Source: Neovahlkampfia damariscottae (Eukaryota). From it: DNA of 64,000 bases. Positions 61,182 to 64,000 of the stretch are shown one piece after another (within the stretch, counting starts at the first letter, position 1; every line of letters begins with the position of its first letter). Location of the stretch: NCBI GenBank assembly GCA_016618085.1, contig JABLTG010000015.1, positions 62,001 to 126,000 on the forward strand. The letters are read 5' to 3'. Made by a program: the position numbers and the translations under genes. The notes under the pieces were generated by a model. The model was not told where the DNA came from. It searched no databases and saw only the letters and a program-made list of their open reading frames with translations.

Positions 61182-62894
61182 ATGACAAACGACGACGGGT
61201 AAAGAAAAACGAATTTTTTAATATTTGAGACCAGAACTTTTTTATTTGAAACCAAGCCATTATTATTTTGTTATCATTTCAATGGAGATAATTCTTTGAG
61301 TTTTCCATCAACAAAACAACTTCAACTGACAAATGAGTGGTCAATTGAAATAGTTTTTCGTTGCCGTTCTCACAGATGTAAATTAGTATCAAAGAATAAC
61401 GATGGCTCAACTGGTTATTCAATTGGATTGTATGATGGAAAGTTATGGACCACAACGTATGGCATTAATGAAAATTATTCGAAAGTAGCCATTGAAGAGG
61501 AAAAATGGAATCATTGTCTGATTATGTATAATAGAGGAATGGTATCTTATCATGTTGGTGGTAAACTGATTCAACAAGTTCCAGGTAAAGAAAGTTAAAA
61601 CTTAAAATAATAGGTAAATATCCAGTTTATGATTCTCATATTTTAAGGTTCACCTATTTGTTATAAAAATAAGAGTGATTTGTATATTGGCCAACAAGGA
61701 GATGAAAAATTATTTTTTAAAGGAGACATTGCACTTGTCAGAATTTATAACAAAGTTTTAGAAAAAAATATGATTTTAAACTTGCCAAAAAATTACCCAA
61801 AGAATCTATGTGTATACCATTTGCAATTTTTGACACCAAATCCAGTAAATGAATCATGTTTTTTTTGACATTTTTTTACAAAGACAAAACCAATCAAAAT
61901 TGAACAAAAAAAAGAAGATGAAAGAGAAATCGAAGGTGATGCTATTTATGAATTAAAAAATCATCTTCCATCAAAAATTTCAAAAGAATTCATTTCAAAA
62001 CTCTCTCATGATTTACTTCCGAAATTAAGAGTGGAAAATTTTGACCTTGAAGATGAATCAATTGTCATTTTAAGAACGTATCACAACACATTTGTTTCTA
62101 CAGATGATTCTAAAAGTTATATCTTCCAAACAAAAAAAATCACAAAAAATTGTTTTTTTGAAGCTGAAATGTTGAATTCAGATGATGAAAAAAATGAAAA
62201 ACAGAAACTTTGTTTCAAACAAGATAATATCATTTATTTTTCATGTATGGGCATTAACAATCAATTTCAACTGTCAACTTTAAAATGCTCAATTGAAAAT
62301 TTTCAAAGAAATCATTCATCAGTTAGAGAGTTAAAAAAAGAAATTCCAAAAAGTTACCAATTTGAAATGGAATCAAAAAATCAAAAATATTATATTTCAA
62401 ACTGTTTTGGTCAGTATTTATCAGCCAGATATGATTTTCAAGGAACTTTTAATTTTCAAAAAAATTCAAAAACTTGGGAGTCTTTTGATGTTATAAAATT
62501 TATGAATTTGACAGATGGCAAAATTTTGATAAAATCTGGAGATGGAAAGTTTTTGATTGCTAATTCGAATGGTTCTTTTGGGTTATCAGCCAATCGATCT
62601 TCACAAGGAGATGATTTGTTCATTTTGACTGAATCTATTCCTGGTAAATTCATCATTCAAACAGCAATGTACAACACAAATCTTACATTTCCAAATACTG
62701 TATCGATTTTAGGAAATTATGCAACTCATCAAGAAAAAATCACCAAAAATTGTTTTATTCAATTTTTAAATGTTGGAAGGAAGTTTGTGATGTATAATTC
62801 ATATGTTAACTCATTCATTTCATTTTCAAAAAGTGGCATATCTGTCCGAGAAAAAATATTATTAGAAGAAGAATGTGAAATTATCTATCTATAA
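61182..62894 (+). CDS. LamG/concanavalin-like domain + fascin-like beta-trefoil protein
   Basis: WSIEIVF, KWNHC, LYIG...FFKGDIALVRIYNKVL, then GQYLSA..WESF and DGKFL repeats; several introns. Confidence 0.7.
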
Positions 62895-63112
62895 ATCATA
62901 TTGAATAAAAAGATTCCATTTTATCAATTCAAACATAAATTTTGAAAATTCGATATAATTGAACTTCAAAAAATAATGTTCTGCACTTTTTACAATTTCA
63001 TATGGTCCAAACACTTTCATGCATTTCATTTATTTTTCCATACAATTTCAAACGTTCAATCCCTGTTTTTTGAAAGGCAAAATGCTACATTTGAAAGAAC
63101 AAAAAAATCGGT

Positions 63113-63194
63113 CTCGAGTGCCGGGAATTGAACCCGGGTCGCAAGAGAACTGTTAAATTGACAGTCTTGAATTCTACCACTATACCACACCCGA
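63113..63194 (-). tRNA. tRNA-Asp(GTC) with an 11-nt intron at 37/38
   Basis: Acceptor stem TCGGGTG/CACTCGA, anticodon stem CAAGA/TCTTG with loop CT-GTC-A, intron ATTTAACAGTT (63148-63158), T arm CCGGG-TTCAATT-CCCGG and discriminator G. Confidence 0.93.
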
Positions 63195-63314
63195 TTACTT
63201 GTAAGAGGTCAACAAATTAGATAAGAAATTGTTAAAAGAATTGTCCATTCAAAATCAATTGAAAAACACAAATTCCGAACCAATCAAAAAAAAACCATCA
63301 AATCAACTTCAAAA

Positions 63315-64000
63315 ATGGGCAATACACCAAGTGGATTTAATGGTTCATCAACAGCAGATCAAGTAACTAAAGATGTCAATCTTGAAGGAAAAGTAGTTAT
63401 TGTGACAGGAGCAAACGCAGGACTTGGAAAAGAAGTAAACAAAACCTTTTTGACTTATTTTTCAGACAGCAAGAGCAATGGCAAATACAGGAGCTACTGT
63501 AATAATGGCTGCAAGAAACCAAGAAAAAGCTAAATCTGCAAAAGAAGAACTTGAAAAACAAATTAAAAATCCAAAAAATTTACACCTCATTGAATTAGAC
63601 CTTGGAGACTTCAAAAGCATCGAAAACTTCATTTCTGAATTCAAAAAATTGAACCTTCCATTACATATTTTAATCAATAACGCAGGTGTTATGGCAACTC
63701 CACAACAAAAAACAAAAGACGGTTTTGAGTATCAACTTGGAATCAATCATTATGGTCATTATAAATTAACAATGGGTCTTTTACCAATCATGGTTGAAAC
63801 ATCAAAAAAAGAAAAAGATTTTGAAGGTAGAATCGTTTGTTTATCATCAGCAGCTCATACAATGGGTAAATTTGATTTTGACAATCTTCACTGGGAAAAA
63901 GAAGGTACTTATGGTCCATGGGTTGCATATGGCAGATCAAAACTTGCAAATGTATTATTTGCAAGAGCATTAAACCGTAGATTGGTTAAAGATAAAATTA
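63315..64000 (+). CDS. Retinol dehydrogenase/WWOX-like short-chain dehydrogenase (3' end outside the window)
   Basis: VTGANAGLG, LINNAGVM, GINHYGH and YGRSKLAN. Confidence 0.92.

Overview
This is eukaryotic DNA from a very AT-rich, extremely gene-dense protist genome. It holds about 50 protein genes split by tiny (about 27-40 nt) GT-AG introns, near-zero intergenic spacers and a CCAAT/ATTGG box next to most start codons. DUF4116 repeats and the intron style suggest a heterolobosean-like amoeba, which is an inference. Most genes are housekeeping: CCT-like chaperonin, IRE/Greatwall-like kinase, INTS11, FDXR, AMPK-beta, PRDX5, ADSS, DEAD-box helicase, HDAC1, kinesin-14, CDCA7, BBOX1, threonine synthase, an MFS transporter, HIU hydrolase, SDS22 and an intron-containing tRNA-Asp. 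The strongest novel signal is at 103-623 (-). A small membrane-protein ORF runs through an in-frame TGA and is followed 13 nt after its TAA by a well-formed type II SECIS hairpin, so it is a candidate selenoprotein of a family I do not recognise among eukaryotic selenoproteins. Other notable items are a 2OG-Fe(II) oxygenase/F-box/Rho-GTPase fusion, a TPR-CHAT protease next to two intronless orphans, an intronless bacterial-type AnmK plus esterase pair, nested transposase relics and two genes missing from the ORF track. Exon boundaries were read by eye and family calls come from remembered motifs, not from searches.
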